Assembly (NCBI GenBank): GCA_000092065.1
Contig: CP000601.1
Reading direction: 5' to 3' (one strand)
From: Ostreococcus lucimarinus
Lineage: Eukaryota
DNA length: 64,000 bases
Shown here: positions 1 to 9,220 of the stretch, piece after piece
Numbering within the stretch: position 1 is the stretch's first letter
Layout: every line of letters starts with the position of its first letter
The notes under the pieces: model-generated
Databases searched by the model: none
What the model was told of the DNA's origin: nothing
Seen by the model: the letters and a program-made list of their open reading frames with translations, nothing else
Translations under genes and position numbers: made by a program

Positions 1-278
1 CGCGTAATCATTACTTCACACGTTGGCGGAACGCGATTCGGCAGCGCGAAGAGATGCAACGAATGGTTGTTAGCAAGCGCGTGACTCATAACTTGTTCCT
101 CGATTGGTATTGGGAAACGTTCGGCGAGCAGTTCACACGGCTCATCGAAGGCAACGATACAGACGAGTATCAGACTTTAGTTCGCGTGGACGATCCTGAG
201 GTGGAACTATTCCACACGCCCTTGCGAACGCCTGAAAAGGTGTTCTGGAGTCCACCGAAACCGCGTAGGATTTTATAG
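1..278 (+). CDS. 3' end of an unidentified gene (open to window start)
   Basis: Frame of ORF 54..278 stays open back to nt 3 (RNHYFTRWRNAIRQREEMQRMVV...). It stops at 278 before an AT-rich convergent 3' spacer (279..321). No domain recognised. Confidence 0.3.
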   Translation, partial: RNHYFTRWRNAIRQREEMQRMVVSKRVTHNLFLDWYWETFGEQFTRLIEGNDTDEYQTLVRVDDPEVELFHTPLRTPEKVFWSPPKPRRIL

Positions 279-321
279 TACATAATATTTGCGCGTTAAA
301 AAATCATAAAATCTGAATCCG

Positions 322-1272
322 TCATTCATCCGTCGAACGGAAACTCTCCGACGTGCTCTCGACGACTCTTGTCATCGCCGTCGATACCTGCTTGCTCGCG
401 AGCGCAATCTTTCCCACGATTTCTGCTAGATCTCGTCCTTTAGATTCACCGTTGGCCGCGCCTTGCAGTTGCGTCGACAGTTTTGCCGCGCTCTCCGTCG
501 TTTCCTTCGCCGCTGAGATTGCCTCTGTGAGGGCGTTCTTCCGCCGCGCCTTTTCCGCCGCGCTCAAATTCTTCGCGTCTTCGTCAAACGCACCATCGTC
601 TAAATAAATGCCCACGCTCTGCATGACTAGCCCGAGCTCAAGCGACAAACGCCTGACGTACTCAGTCGCATCGTCTCCCAAATCCCGAAAATCCTTCGTC
701 GGATCTTTCATCTTTGCCGTGAAATCGTTTACGAGCGACTCGACGTACTCCGTCGCATCCAATTTCGACAACGCCTCCCGCGTTTCCGCCGCCAACGCCT
801 CCACCTCTCGCGCGCTCTCTTCCATCGCTTGCAGCGTCTCCGGTAGCTCCTTCGCAGTGTTTTTCGCTAACGCCTCCACTTCATTCGCCGCGCTTTCCGC
901 CGCCGTCGCCGCCGCGTCGACGCTCGCGCTCAGCTCCCGCAGCGACCGCACGAGCGGCGCCACCGCGCCCACCGTCGTCAGCAGCGCCGCGCCGGCGGCG
1001 GCAAATGCGAACGACGTGACGTCGCGCCCGGCGACGGCGACGAGCGGCGGTTTCGGCGCCGCACGCGACGACGCCGTCGACGTTTGCGTCGTCGACCGCG
1101 ACGGCGGCGCCCAGCGGCCGGCGGCGTTCGCGCGCGCGCTGTGGCGCGTTGCGCGTCGAACGTTCGCGTTGCGCGTCGAGCGCGCGCGAACGCTCGGACG
1201 CGAAGCGAACGAAGCGCTCGACGCGAGACGCATGCGCACCGAGGCGTGAAGGTCGCGCGATTGTGGCGTCAC
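322..1272 (-). CDS. hypothetical protein with R/S-rich presequence, one TM segment and a coiled-coil/LEA-like body
   Basis: 316-aa ORF. N-term is MTPQSRDLHASVRMRLASSASFASRPSVRARS... (organellar-presequence-like), followed by a hydrophobic FAFAAAGAALLTTVGAVAPLV and an A/E/K-rich helical body. Confidence 0.45.
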   Translation of the reverse strand: MTPQSRDLHASVRMRLASSASFASRPSVRARSTRNANVRRATRHSARANAAGRWAPPSRSTTQTSTASSRAAPKPPLVAVAGRDVTSFAFAAAGAALLTTVGAVAPLVRSLRELSASVDAAATAAESAANEVEALAKNTAKELPETLQAMEESAREVEALAAETREALSKLDATEYVESLVNDFTAKMKDPTKDFRDLGDDATEYVRRLSLELGLVMQSVGIYLDDGAFDEDAKNLSAAEKARRKNALTEAISAAKETTESAAKLSTQLQGAANGESKGRDLAEIVGKIALASKQVSTAMTRVVESTSESFRSTDE

Positions 1273-1317
1273 CAGCCGCGGGGACGCGACGACTCGCGAG
1301 ACTAAACAATCAATGCG

Positions 1318-2880
1318 TTACAAGCTACGGTCGATCGCCTTGAGAGCGTCGGCTGTGGAGACAAACTTTTCTCGTGGTTTTCCGCGCGCAGCGCCGCGCT
1401 CGCGCTCGAGGCGATCGATTTGAATCCAGTCGGCGGCGCGCACGACGCGGACGCCGCGCTTCTCGAGGAGGCGGTCGACGCCGTCCTCGACAGGATCGGG
1501 AGGTGGGGCGACGGCGAAATCGGCAGCCATTTTTGCGATAGTTTCGTCGGCACACGTGAGATTGGTGCCGATGATTCCTGTTGGTCCGCGTTTGAGCCAG
1601 CCGGTGACGTAGAGACGAGGAATGGTATCGGCGGAATCCGCCGAGACGGCGACGGCGCCGTACGCGTTTGGCACAACGCGATTCTTTTCGTCGAATGGCA
1701 GTCGCAATTGAGTCAAGGATTCGTCTTTGACGGTCATTTGAATCGGTTCTGCACGATATCCCACTGAACGCAGCGCTAAGGCGGTGGGAACCATCTCCGT
1801 TTCGCCAGATGCGATGGATTTTCGCGCGCCGGCGGCGCCGACGAGTTCGTTCCTACCGAGCTTCATCCAACTCAACACACCATTTTCACCCCCGAACGCT
1901 AGTGGACTTGCGAGAAATCGCACATTGAGTATTTTTGTGCATCCATCCTCGCTCGCACACTCCCCTGCGGTCTTTCTCTTGACGAACGCCTCGTGCGCTC
2001 GCCGCCGCGGTCTGTTCTCCGCCAACTCGGCTTCGTCTTCGGGCTCCAGCGTGAGGTTCTCGTCCGAAATCACCACTCTTACGTTCCGCAAATTCAACAG
2101 CTCGCGCAACTCCTTCGGTGAAAATGAAGCTTGCGCTACCCCGCGTCGCCCGATCACGGACACGGCGCGCACGGGATGGGCGCGCAGCACCTCCAGCGCG
2201 TGCTCGCAAATATCCGTCCCCGCGAGCGCATCCGCGTCTCGTAACAACACCCGCGCGCAATCGATGGCGACGTTCCCGACCCCGATCACCGCCACGTGTG
2301 CATCACCATCACGACTACGCAAAGCCTCCACTACCGCCGCGTGCGTCGCGCTCTGCGGCCCGTGTTCGGGATCGCCGTTGAACCACGCGACGAACTCTCT
2401 CGCTCCGAGCACGCCTCGGTGTTCGCCCTCTCCCGGTACCTCCAAACGTCTGTCTCCGCTCGTCCCGCACGCGAGCACGACGCCGTGGTAGCTATCATAA
2501 AGTTCTCCTAAACTCACGTCTCGCCCGAGTTGGACGTTGCCGTAAAACGCGACGTCGTCTCGCGTCGTGAGCGTTTCATGAAACTTGTTCGTCACGAGCT
2601 TCGTCTCCGCGTGGTCGGGCGCGACACCGTAGCGCACCAAACCGAATGGCGCGGGGTAGCGTTCGAACACGTCTACTTTTGCGCCATCGAACGTCTTCGT
2701 GAGCGCCAAGACGGCGTACATGCCCGCGGGACCGCTGCCGACGACGGCGAATCGCCGCGGACTCGGCCCGGCGGCGGATGAGGATGCGCGAAGCGCGAGC
2801 GCGTGCGGAAGATCTACGCGCGCGCACGACGCGTGTGCATCGCGTGCGAACGTCGCGAGACGTCGCGCGAGTCGCGACAT
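1318..2880 (-). CDS. FDXR: NADPH:adrenodoxin (ferredoxin) oxidoreductase, mitochondrial (FDXR/Arh1 family)
   Basis: 520 aa. FAD-binding motif VVGSGPAGMY. Carries RLYVTGWLKRGPTGIIGTNLTCADETI and the C-terminal ADWIQIDRLERERG...GKPREKF signature of adrenodoxin reductases. Has an N-terminal presequence. Confidence 0.9.
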   Translation of the reverse strand: MSRLARRLATFARDAHASCARVDLPHALALRASSSAAGPSPRRFAVVGSGPAGMYAVLALTKTFDGAKVDVFERYPAPFGLVRYGVAPDHAETKLVTNKFHETLTTRDDVAFYGNVQLGRDVSLGELYDSYHGVVLACGTSGDRRLEVPGEGEHRGVLGAREFVAWFNGDPEHGPQSATHAAVVEALRSRDGDAHVAVIGVGNVAIDCARVLLRDADALAGTDICEHALEVLRAHPVRAVSVIGRRGVAQASFSPKELRELLNLRNVRVVISDENLTLEPEDEAELAENRPRRRAHEAFVKRKTAGECASEDGCTKILNVRFLASPLAFGGENGVLSWMKLGRNELVGAAGARKSIASGETEMVPTALALRSVGYRAEPIQMTVKDESLTQLRLPFDEKNRVVPNAYGAVAVSADSADTIPRLYVTGWLKRGPTGIIGTNLTCADETIAKMAADFAVAPPPDPVEDGVDRLLEKRGVRVVRAADWIQIDRLERERGAARGKPREKFVSTADALKAIDRSL

Positions 2881-3178
2881 GACGCACGCCGACGCGCACG
2901 CGCGGGACTCTGACGCCCATCACGCGGCGCGCGAGCCCAACCGTCGAATCGGCGAGACTGCGAAACGTTCCAAGCCCAATAATCAACGCGCATCTACATC
3001 GAAAATCAAAATCATCATCACAAACAGAAGAAACAACACAAATCAAACAAGCGAGCGAGCAAGCAACCCAGCGCCGTTTCACTCTAAATCATTTCACGCG
3101 TATCGTTGAGCGGGACGCTGCTCGCGTCGTTTGCGCGCGGCGTAGTATACAAAAGGGCGCGCGGGGCATTCCTCGACG

Positions 3179-3338
3179 TCACGCATAATACTTTTCTTGT
3201 CCTAGCCCATCGCAACTCACTTTACGATATTTGACGTCGACGATGCCGCGGTGCCTGATCGCGATGGAATCGAACGCCGCGTAGCTCAAATCAAAGTGGC
3301 GCGCGTTTTGTTCGCCACCGCAGCACCATCGTTGATTA
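3179..3338 (-). CDS. expansin-like DPBB protein, exon 2
   Basis: Encodes NQRWCCGGEQNARHFDLSYAAFDSIAIRHRGIVDVKYRKVSC, the conserved C-terminal HFDLS...F..IA...G...V.YR.V.C block of the DPBB/expansin domain. It is in frame with exon 1 after intron removal. Confidence 0.55.
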
Positions 3339-3439
3339 CTGACGCGTGAACACGTGTTCGTCAGTCTCGAGCGCGCGCCGCAAAAGATTGATCGAATTTT
3401 TATCGATCGAGAAATTGCGACACCGACGAATTTCCTCAC
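3339..3439 (-). other. inferred 101-bp GT-AG intron (phase 2) of the expansin-like gene
   Basis: Donor GTGAGG at 3439..3434 (minus). Acceptor ...CGCGTCAG| ends at 3339. Splicing joins ...GHPNP-S-NQRWCCGGEQNARHFDLSYAAFDSIA in frame. The intron contains the perfect palindrome AACACGTGTT (3349..3358). Confidence 0.55.
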
Positions 3440-3960
3440 CTCGGATTTGGATGGCCACACGGGCAACTGTCTGTGATTAGCACTGTGATCGATTTCTCGC
3501 CGTCGCCGTTCGCGCAGCCCGCCCACGGGCCGAGCGCGCTGTCGGCCAGTCCTCGCTGCCGACCCGCGACGCACATCACTTCATAACACGCGCCGCACTC
3601 GTCCGTGAGCCCGTGATCGTATCCACCTGCGCAGTTTATGTTTTCAGAGTTGAAATTCCACGCAGCAGCGTCGGTGTTCAACGTACCGTCGGTATTCAAC
3701 GCGGCCACGTAGTGACTCGGAATGTTCGAGCCGTATTTACAGCTCCCGGTATAAATCGACATGCCGTCGGGGCCTGGACCATTCGGTCCGCCGTACCACG
3801 TGGCCGTCCCGCCTTCGCGCCAACCGAGTCCGTCTTCCGCGCGCGCGGCGCCGCGCCGCGACGAGGCGAGCGCAAACGCGAACGCCAGAAGATGCGTGGT
3901 TCGGGACGCGCGCGGCGCGCGACGGGCGGTGCGAGTGGCGAAATCGCGATTGGGAGGCAT
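3440..3960 (-). CDS. expansin-like / barwin-like DPBB (EG45) secreted protein, exon 1
   Basis: GTATWYGGPNGPGPDGMSIYTGSCKYGS...GACYEVMC...ITVLITDSCPC matches the expansin/DPBB N-terminal half. Hydrophobic HLLAFAFALASS is signal-like. The exon ends at a canonical donor (AG|GTGAGG on the minus strand, intron begins at 3439). Confidence 0.6.
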
Positions 3961-4137
3961 GTCGTTTCGTTTCGCTCGGCGGTCGTTTCGAGTCGGGCGT
4001 GAACGTGCGGCGCGGTGTGAGGCTGGTGCCAGGCTCGTTCGAGACCGAGAACGACGACATCGGCGAGATCGGGCGACGCGACGAACATTGTTAGGAAATG
4101 TGCGTGATTAGTGGCATTGAATGTTTCGAGCGAGATT

Positions 4138-5259
4138 TCACGATCCTCGACGCGCGGAGCGGCGACGGACGGTCGAAGAGGGTGACGCTGTCGGTTTTGC
4201 GTCGGCGCGCGCGACGGCGACTGTGGTTTTTCTCGCGCGAGCCGTTTTGGGCGCGGCGGCGGCGGCGGTTTTCGGCTTCCCACTCATCGCGTACGCGAGA
4301 CCGCCGGTGACAACCATGACGGCGCTGATGGCGCCATTGTAACTCAAACACTGTCTCGCGTCGTCCGAGCAAAATAAGACGTGCGAAAACGCGATGACGC
4401 CGACGCTGCGAATCGCGTTCGAGAGCGCCAACTGCGTGGCGCCCGCTCTGGCGACGACAGCCATCATCATCTTCACCATGAACGCCCGACTGAGCATGTT
4501 TCCTAGGTGCACCTTTAAAATCGATGACACATCTCGCGGCGAGGCGTTGTAATACGCCCATACCATCCCGTCCATATCGCGCGCCGTCCTCGCGAGCGTG
4601 TAAATCGCAAACGCCGCCAACCCGCACGTTCCCATCAGCATCGTCTGCGCGTTCCCGCTCAGACTCGATTTCGACGCGCTCAGGTATTCCATGACCAATC
4701 CCCGAAACCCATAACTCACCGTCGCCGCGTTCGCGATCAAGATCCCCCTCGCGTCGATCGCCGTCCCGCGCCTCGCCGCCTCGTCCGCCACGTCCTTCGC
4801 CTTCACCGCCAGCCCACAAATCACCACCGCGATCGCCCCAATCTGCCCCTTAGTGAACGTGCGTTTCAGCACCACCTTCGACAGCAACGCCGAGAGCGGA
4901 ATGAGCAACCCAGAGATGGTTTGGTACAGCGGTCCCCCGAGCGCTCGCATCGCCTCGAACGCGCACGTCAGCCCAAACAAATCAAACACCGGCAGCAACA
5001 GCGCCGCGCGCGGGAACTTTCCCGCGCGCCTCGCCGTCGCCGTCACTCGCCCGTCTCTTCTCGCGCGTAATCGCGCCATCAGGACGCCCGCGCTCGCGCT
5101 CGCGGCGTCGCTCGCGTAAATCATGCCCGTCAACGGCTGCGCCTCCGGCGACACCAATCGCGCGTCCAACACGCGCTGCGCCGTGAGAAAGTAACACACG
5201 CCGAACGCGACGTGCGCGCACATCGCCGGGATCGCGCTCTTCGGCGCGTCGCGCGCCAT
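4138..5259 (-). CDS. multi-pass membrane transporter, drug/metabolite-transporter (DMT) superfamily-like (SLC35F/CRT-like)
   Basis: 373-aa ORF with about 9-10 hydrophobic helices and an R/K/A-rich soluble C-terminal tail. Family assignment is by overall architecture only. The start could be the later Met (MCAHVAFGV). Confidence 0.55.
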   Translation of the reverse strand: MARDAPKSAIPAMCAHVAFGVCYFLTAQRVLDARLVSPEAQPLTGMIYASDAASASAGVLMARLRARRDGRVTATARRAGKFPRAALLLPVFDLFGLTCAFEAMRALGGPLYQTISGLLIPLSALLSKVVLKRTFTKGQIGAIAVVICGLAVKAKDVADEAARRGTAIDARGILIANAATVSYGFRGLVMEYLSASKSSLSGNAQTMLMGTCGLAAFAIYTLARTARDMDGMVWAYYNASPRDVSSILKVHLGNMLSRAFMVKMMMAVVARAGATQLALSNAIRSVGVIAFSHVLFCSDDARQCLSYNGAISAVMVVTGGLAYAMSGKPKTAAAAAPKTARARKTTVAVARADAKPTASPSSTVRRRSARRGS

Positions 5260-5276
5260 CGCGGCCGCGTCGCGAA

Positions 5277-7829
5277 GTGTCGCGACGCGCCGCGAGCGCC
5301 GCCCCCTCGCGACACTTGGCGACGCGACGAAAACTCGAAATGCCGCGCGCGTCGACCGCCGACGCGGACGCGGACGGGAGCGACGTCGAGTTTAACCCCT
5401 CGTTCACGTTCGACGCGTCGGACGACGACGACGGGCGCGGGACGCGCGCGGGACGAGCGACGAAGGGACGCGGCGGCGGCGGCGGCGGACGCGCGGCGAC
5501 CGAGGCGTGGAACTTTGGCGACGCGCGCGAGGCGCGCGCGCGCGAGCTGCGAGCGAACAAGATGACGAGCGTGGACGAGAAGATCGCGCGGGCGAGAGGG
5601 CGCGGGAGGCGAGGGAGCGCGAGCGCGGGTGGGTCGGAGGACGAGTACGGGAGCGACTCGGAGGACGCGCCGCTGCCGGGCGAGGACGACGGCGAGACGG
5701 ATGACGACGCGAGCGTCAGTGGAGACAGCGAGAGTGGTGAGGAGAGCGAGAGCGGTGATGATGACGACGACGAGAGCGAGAGCGAGCGCGAGCGCGAGCG
5801 CGAGCGCGAGGAGGAAGAGGAGGATGGGACGAGCGAAGGCGAGGAAGAGCGCGAGGCGCGCGAGGAAGACGCGGCGAAGGACGAGAAAGCAAAGACGCCC
5901 ACGGCGACGGCGACGTCGTCGGAGAGTGATTCCGAGTCGGAGGATGGGTTTCAAGAGCGCGCGGTCGTCAAGGGGGCGAAAGGGGACACGACGTTCGACG
6001 CGAAGGCGTTCGACGAGTTGCACCTGTCGCGGCCGCTGACGCGAGCGTGCGAGGCGCTCGGGTATAAGAAACCGACACCGATTCAGGCGGCGGTGATTCC
6101 GATCGCGATGACTGGTCGCGACGTCTGCGGGCGAGCGGTAACGGGGAGCGGGAAGACGGCGGCGTTTATGCTGCCGCAGTTGGAGCGGATGTTACATCGA
6201 GGACCGAGGCCGGCGGCGGCGACGCACGTGTTGGTCTTGGTGCCGACGCGCGAACTTGCGGTTCAGGTGCATCAAATGACGGAAAGTCTCGCGCAGTTTA
6301 CAACAATTCGAGCCGTGCTCGTCGTCGGTGGATTGTCGGCGAACGTGCAAGCAGCTGCGCTGCGCACTCGACCCGAAATTGTCGTGGCGACGCCCGGTCG
6401 CGTCATCGACCACGTGCGAAACACGCACTCGTTTGGGCTAGAAGATCTCGCGACGTTGATTTTAGACGAAGCCGATCGTTTGCTGGAGATGGGATTCTTG
6501 GAAGAGATCAAAGAAATTGTTCGACAATGCCCGAAGAAGCGCCAAACGTTATTATTCAGCGCCACGCTCACCGCCGGCGTCGAGGCGCTGGCGAGTCTTT
6601 CGATGAAGAATCCGGCGAGGCTTTCCGCGGACACGCTCGGCACGACGCCCAAGCGGTTGGTGGAGGAAGTGTTAAAGCTCAAACCTAACCAAAGTGCTCA
6701 GAAAGAGGCGTTCTTGATGGCCATTGTGAGTCGTTCTTACGACAAGTCGACCATTATATTTTCCCAAACCAAGCAAGAGGCGCATCGTTTGAAGATCATC
6801 ATGGGTTTAAGCGACATCAAAGCGGGTGAGTTACACGGGGACATGACGCAGACGCAGCGCTTAGCAGCGCTCGATGAATTTAGGACGGGCACAGTCACGC
6901 ATTTGATCGCCACAGACGTCGCCGCCAGAGGCTTGGATATTCCATCCGTCGACGCGGTGATTTCGTTCGACGCGCCGAAGACTTTGGCGAGCTATTTACA
7001 CCGAGTCGGGCGCACAGCGCGCGCGGGGAAGAAAGGCACGGCGTTGACCTTCATGGAAGAATCCGATCGTAAACTAGTCAAAACCATAGCAAAACGAGGG
7101 GCGAACCTCAAAGCGCGAATCGTGCCCGGGAACATCGTCGCCGAGTGGCACAAGAAAATCGAGGATATGGAGGAGCAAATTGTGCAAATCAACTACGAAG
7201 AGCGCACCGAACGTCAGCTTCAAAAGGCCGAAATGGAGGCAAATAAGGCTTCGAACATTCTCGAGCACGCGGCTGAGATCAAATCGCGACCGGCGAAGAC
7301 ATGGTTCCAGAGCGAACGCGACAAACGCAACGCGCAAAAAGACGCGCTCAAGGCGATGGAAACAGCCGAAATGGACTTGATGGATCGAAAGTCTCACCGC
7401 AAGGGCGCCAAGCGCCGACAGGAAGCGGCCGGTCCCGATCGTTTACCCGACAGCAAGCGCGCGCGACGCAAACTCGCGCAACAGGCGCTATACAAAAAGG
7501 AGCGCGGCGACGACGACACCCCTCGAGGCGGCTTTCGCGTGACCAAGGGCGTCAAATCCGTCAAAGCCATCGAACGCGAGGCCCGCTTGACCGGCGGCGT
7601 CGCCACCAAAGTCGTCCGCATGGTCAAAAACGCGCGCGATCCCAAGGCCAAGGCCAAGCGCGCCGCGCGCGCCGACGTCCACGACGACGACGACGCGCGC
7701 GTCCAATCCTCCGGCCGCGGCGCCGATTTCCGCGGAGGATTTCGCGGCGCGAGCCCGGGCGCCCCCGCCAAGCCCTTCAAGACCGCCCGCGGCAAGTTCA
7801 AGAGCGCCAGCAAGTACCGCAGAAAGTAG
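5277..7829 (+). CDS. DDX27: nucleolar DEAD-box ATP-dependent RNA helicase (DDX27/Drs1-like)
   Basis: 850 aa. Acidic D/E/S-rich N-terminus. Q-motif FDELHLSRPLTRAC...PTPIQ, Walka A AVTGSGKTAAF, DEAD (LILDEADRLLEMGF), SAT, HRVGRTARAG. Basic K/R-rich C-terminus. Confidence 0.9.
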   Translation: MSRRAASAAPSRHLATRRKLEMPRASTADADADGSDVEFNPSFTFDASDDDDGRGTRAGRATKGRGGGGGGRAATEAWNFGDAREARARELRANKMTSVDEKIARARGRGRRGSASAGGSEDEYGSDSEDAPLPGEDDGETDDDASVSGDSESGEESESGDDDDDESESEREREREREEEEEDGTSEGEEEREAREEDAAKDEKAKTPTATATSSESDSESEDGFQERAVVKGAKGDTTFDAKAFDELHLSRPLTRACEALGYKKPTPIQAAVIPIAMTGRDVCGRAVTGSGKTAAFMLPQLERMLHRGPRPAAATHVLVLVPTRELAVQVHQMTESLAQFTTIRAVLVVGGLSANVQAAALRTRPEIVVATPGRVIDHVRNTHSFGLEDLATLILDEADRLLEMGFLEEIKEIVRQCPKKRQTLLFSATLTAGVEALASLSMKNPARLSADTLGTTPKRLVEEVLKLKPNQSAQKEAFLMAIVSRSYDKSTIIFSQTKQEAHRLKIIMGLSDIKAGELHGDMTQTQRLAALDEFRTGTVTHLIATDVAARGLDIPSVDAVISFDAPKTLASYLHRVGRTARAGKKGTALTFMEESDRKLVKTIAKRGANLKARIVPGNIVAEWHKKIEDMEEQIVQINYEERTERQLQKAEMEANKASNILEHAAEIKSRPAKTWFQSERDKRNAQKDALKAMETAEMDLMDRKSHRKGAKRRQEAAGPDRLPDSKRARRKLAQQALYKKERGDDDTPRGGFRVTKGVKSVKAIEREARLTGGVATKVVRMVKNARDPKAKAKRAARADVHDDDDARVQSSGRGADFRGGFRGASPGAPAKPFKTARGKFKSASKYRRK

Positions 7830-8020
7830 TTTTGTCGCGCATCTCCCTCATTCCGTCGATTTCGTCCGCATCCGCGCCTTCGTCTCGTCGCTTCGTCCCC
7901 TCGTCGGCGCGCCGCGAATCCGTCTCGCGCCGGCGCCCGCGCGCGCCCAACCGACACGATGACGCGATCGCGCGTCCGCACAGCCCGGCGCGCCGCGATC
8001 GCGCGACCCGGTCGCGCGAC

Positions 8021-9160
8021 GAGATGACGATCGCGTCGCTCCGCCGCGCGTCTCCGCGCGCCGCGGCGACGCGCCGTGAACGCGCGACGACGACGACGAC
8101 GCGATCGCGCGGCGCGCGATCGACGCGCGCGATCGACGCGCGCGCGCGCCGCGGACGCGTCTGCGGCGGCGACGCACCGCGAGGAGACGTGCGAACGCGC
8201 GCGAAACCGCCGCAGCGCGACACGGGGATCGCGAAAGAGGACGAGGCGTTCGAGGACGCGGACGACGAGGACGACGGCGCGGCGGGCGCGAGCGAGGACG
8301 GCGCGCGAGGCGGAAACCGGGAAACGTCGACGTCCGTGGAGGAGAAGGGAGGAATGAAGACGACGCGAAAGCGAGGATTCGATCGTGGAGAAGGTGGGTA
8401 TCAGTCGAGGTGGTGGACGACGAAGAGAGATTGCCCGGATGGGCGAAGCGGATCGAGCGAGACGCGGTGGGCGAAGTGCGATTTTAGCGGTTACAAGGAG
8501 CTCGGGTTCGAGAAGAGCGGATTTAACGACACGGGTGAGACGTGGTGGGAGACGTGGCGAGAGATCTATTGCCGGGATGATTTTACGGGCGTCGAACACA
8601 TCGAGAGGAGCGCCGATAAGTGGGCGCGAGACGCGCAGAGTAAGGAGTGGCAGGAGAAGTGGTGGGAGCGGTACTACGCCAACGGCGCCGTCGAGCGAGG
8701 GGTGGAAAAGAGCGGGCGAGAGGTTCGACAGGCGTGGTGGGAGAAGTGGGGAGAGCAGTACGATGGCGAGGGCGCGACGCTGAAGTGGACGGATAAGTGG
8801 GCGGAGAACGGCATGGGGATGCGATGGGGCGATAAATGGGAAGAGCGCCGAAGCAAGATTGGCAGCGGACGCAAGAGCGGGGAGACGTGGCGCGTCGGTG
8901 AAGATGGCGAACGGTTCAGCCGGACGTGGGGAGAAGTGTTATCCCCCGATGGTAGCGTGCGAAAGTTTGGGAACAGCACTACGGGGGAGAGTTGGGACAC
9001 AACCGTGGTCGAGAACGTGTACTTTGACAAGAGCAAGCCGCCGACGTGGCAAGAGGTGTTGAGTTCGAGCGAACGCTTAATGTCGATAGAATTGACGCCT
9101 GTGAGCCAAGACGACGACGACGACGACGATAAGTGGTCGCTCGCGAGAAACGCGCCATAA
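8021..9160 (+). CDS. Trp-rich acidic repeat protein with a predicted organellar presequence
   Basis: In-frame ATG at 8021 (MTIASLRRASPRAAATRRERATTTTTRSRG...), after the helicase stop at 7829. The body holds at least 8 degenerate repeats of [KT]WW?E[KT]W..Y / KW.E (WWETWREIY, KEWQEKWWERYY, WWEKWGEQY, KWTDKWAENG, RWGDKWEERR...). It ends in a poly-Asp (GAC)n tract. Confidence 0.5.
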   Translation, partial: EMTIASLRRASPRAAATRRERATTTTTRSRGARSTRAIDARARRGRVCGGDAPRGDVRTRAKPPQRDTGIAKEDEAFEDADDEDDGAAGASEDGARGGNRETSTSVEEKGGMKTTRKRGFDRGEGGYQSRWWTTKRDCPDGRSGSSETRWAKCDFSGYKELGFEKSGFNDTGETWWETWREIYCRDDFTGVEHIERSADKWARDAQSKEWQEKWWERYYANGAVERGVEKSGREVRQAWWEKWGEQYDGEGATLKWTDKWAENGMGMRWGDKWEERRSKIGSGRKSGETWRVGEDGERFSRTWGEVLSPDGSVRKFGNSTTGESWDTTVVENVYFDKSKPPTWQEVLSSSERLMSIELTPVSQDDDDDDDKWSLARNAP

Positions 9161-9220
9161 TTAAGTACTATTCAATTAATTTAACGAAATCTTTCTCTTT
9201 CAATTACACAAGTTCATCAT

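Noticed and set aside
5740-5830. (GAGCGC)n / (GAC)n microsatellites within coding regions (helicase 5740..5830; 21711..21740; 23971..24003; 9109..9130), considered as possible CRISPR-like or satellite arrays
   Set aside because: They are in frame and encode acidic (E/S/R or poly-Asp) tracts inside genes. They have no spacer/repeat architecture and are ordinary coding microsatellites.
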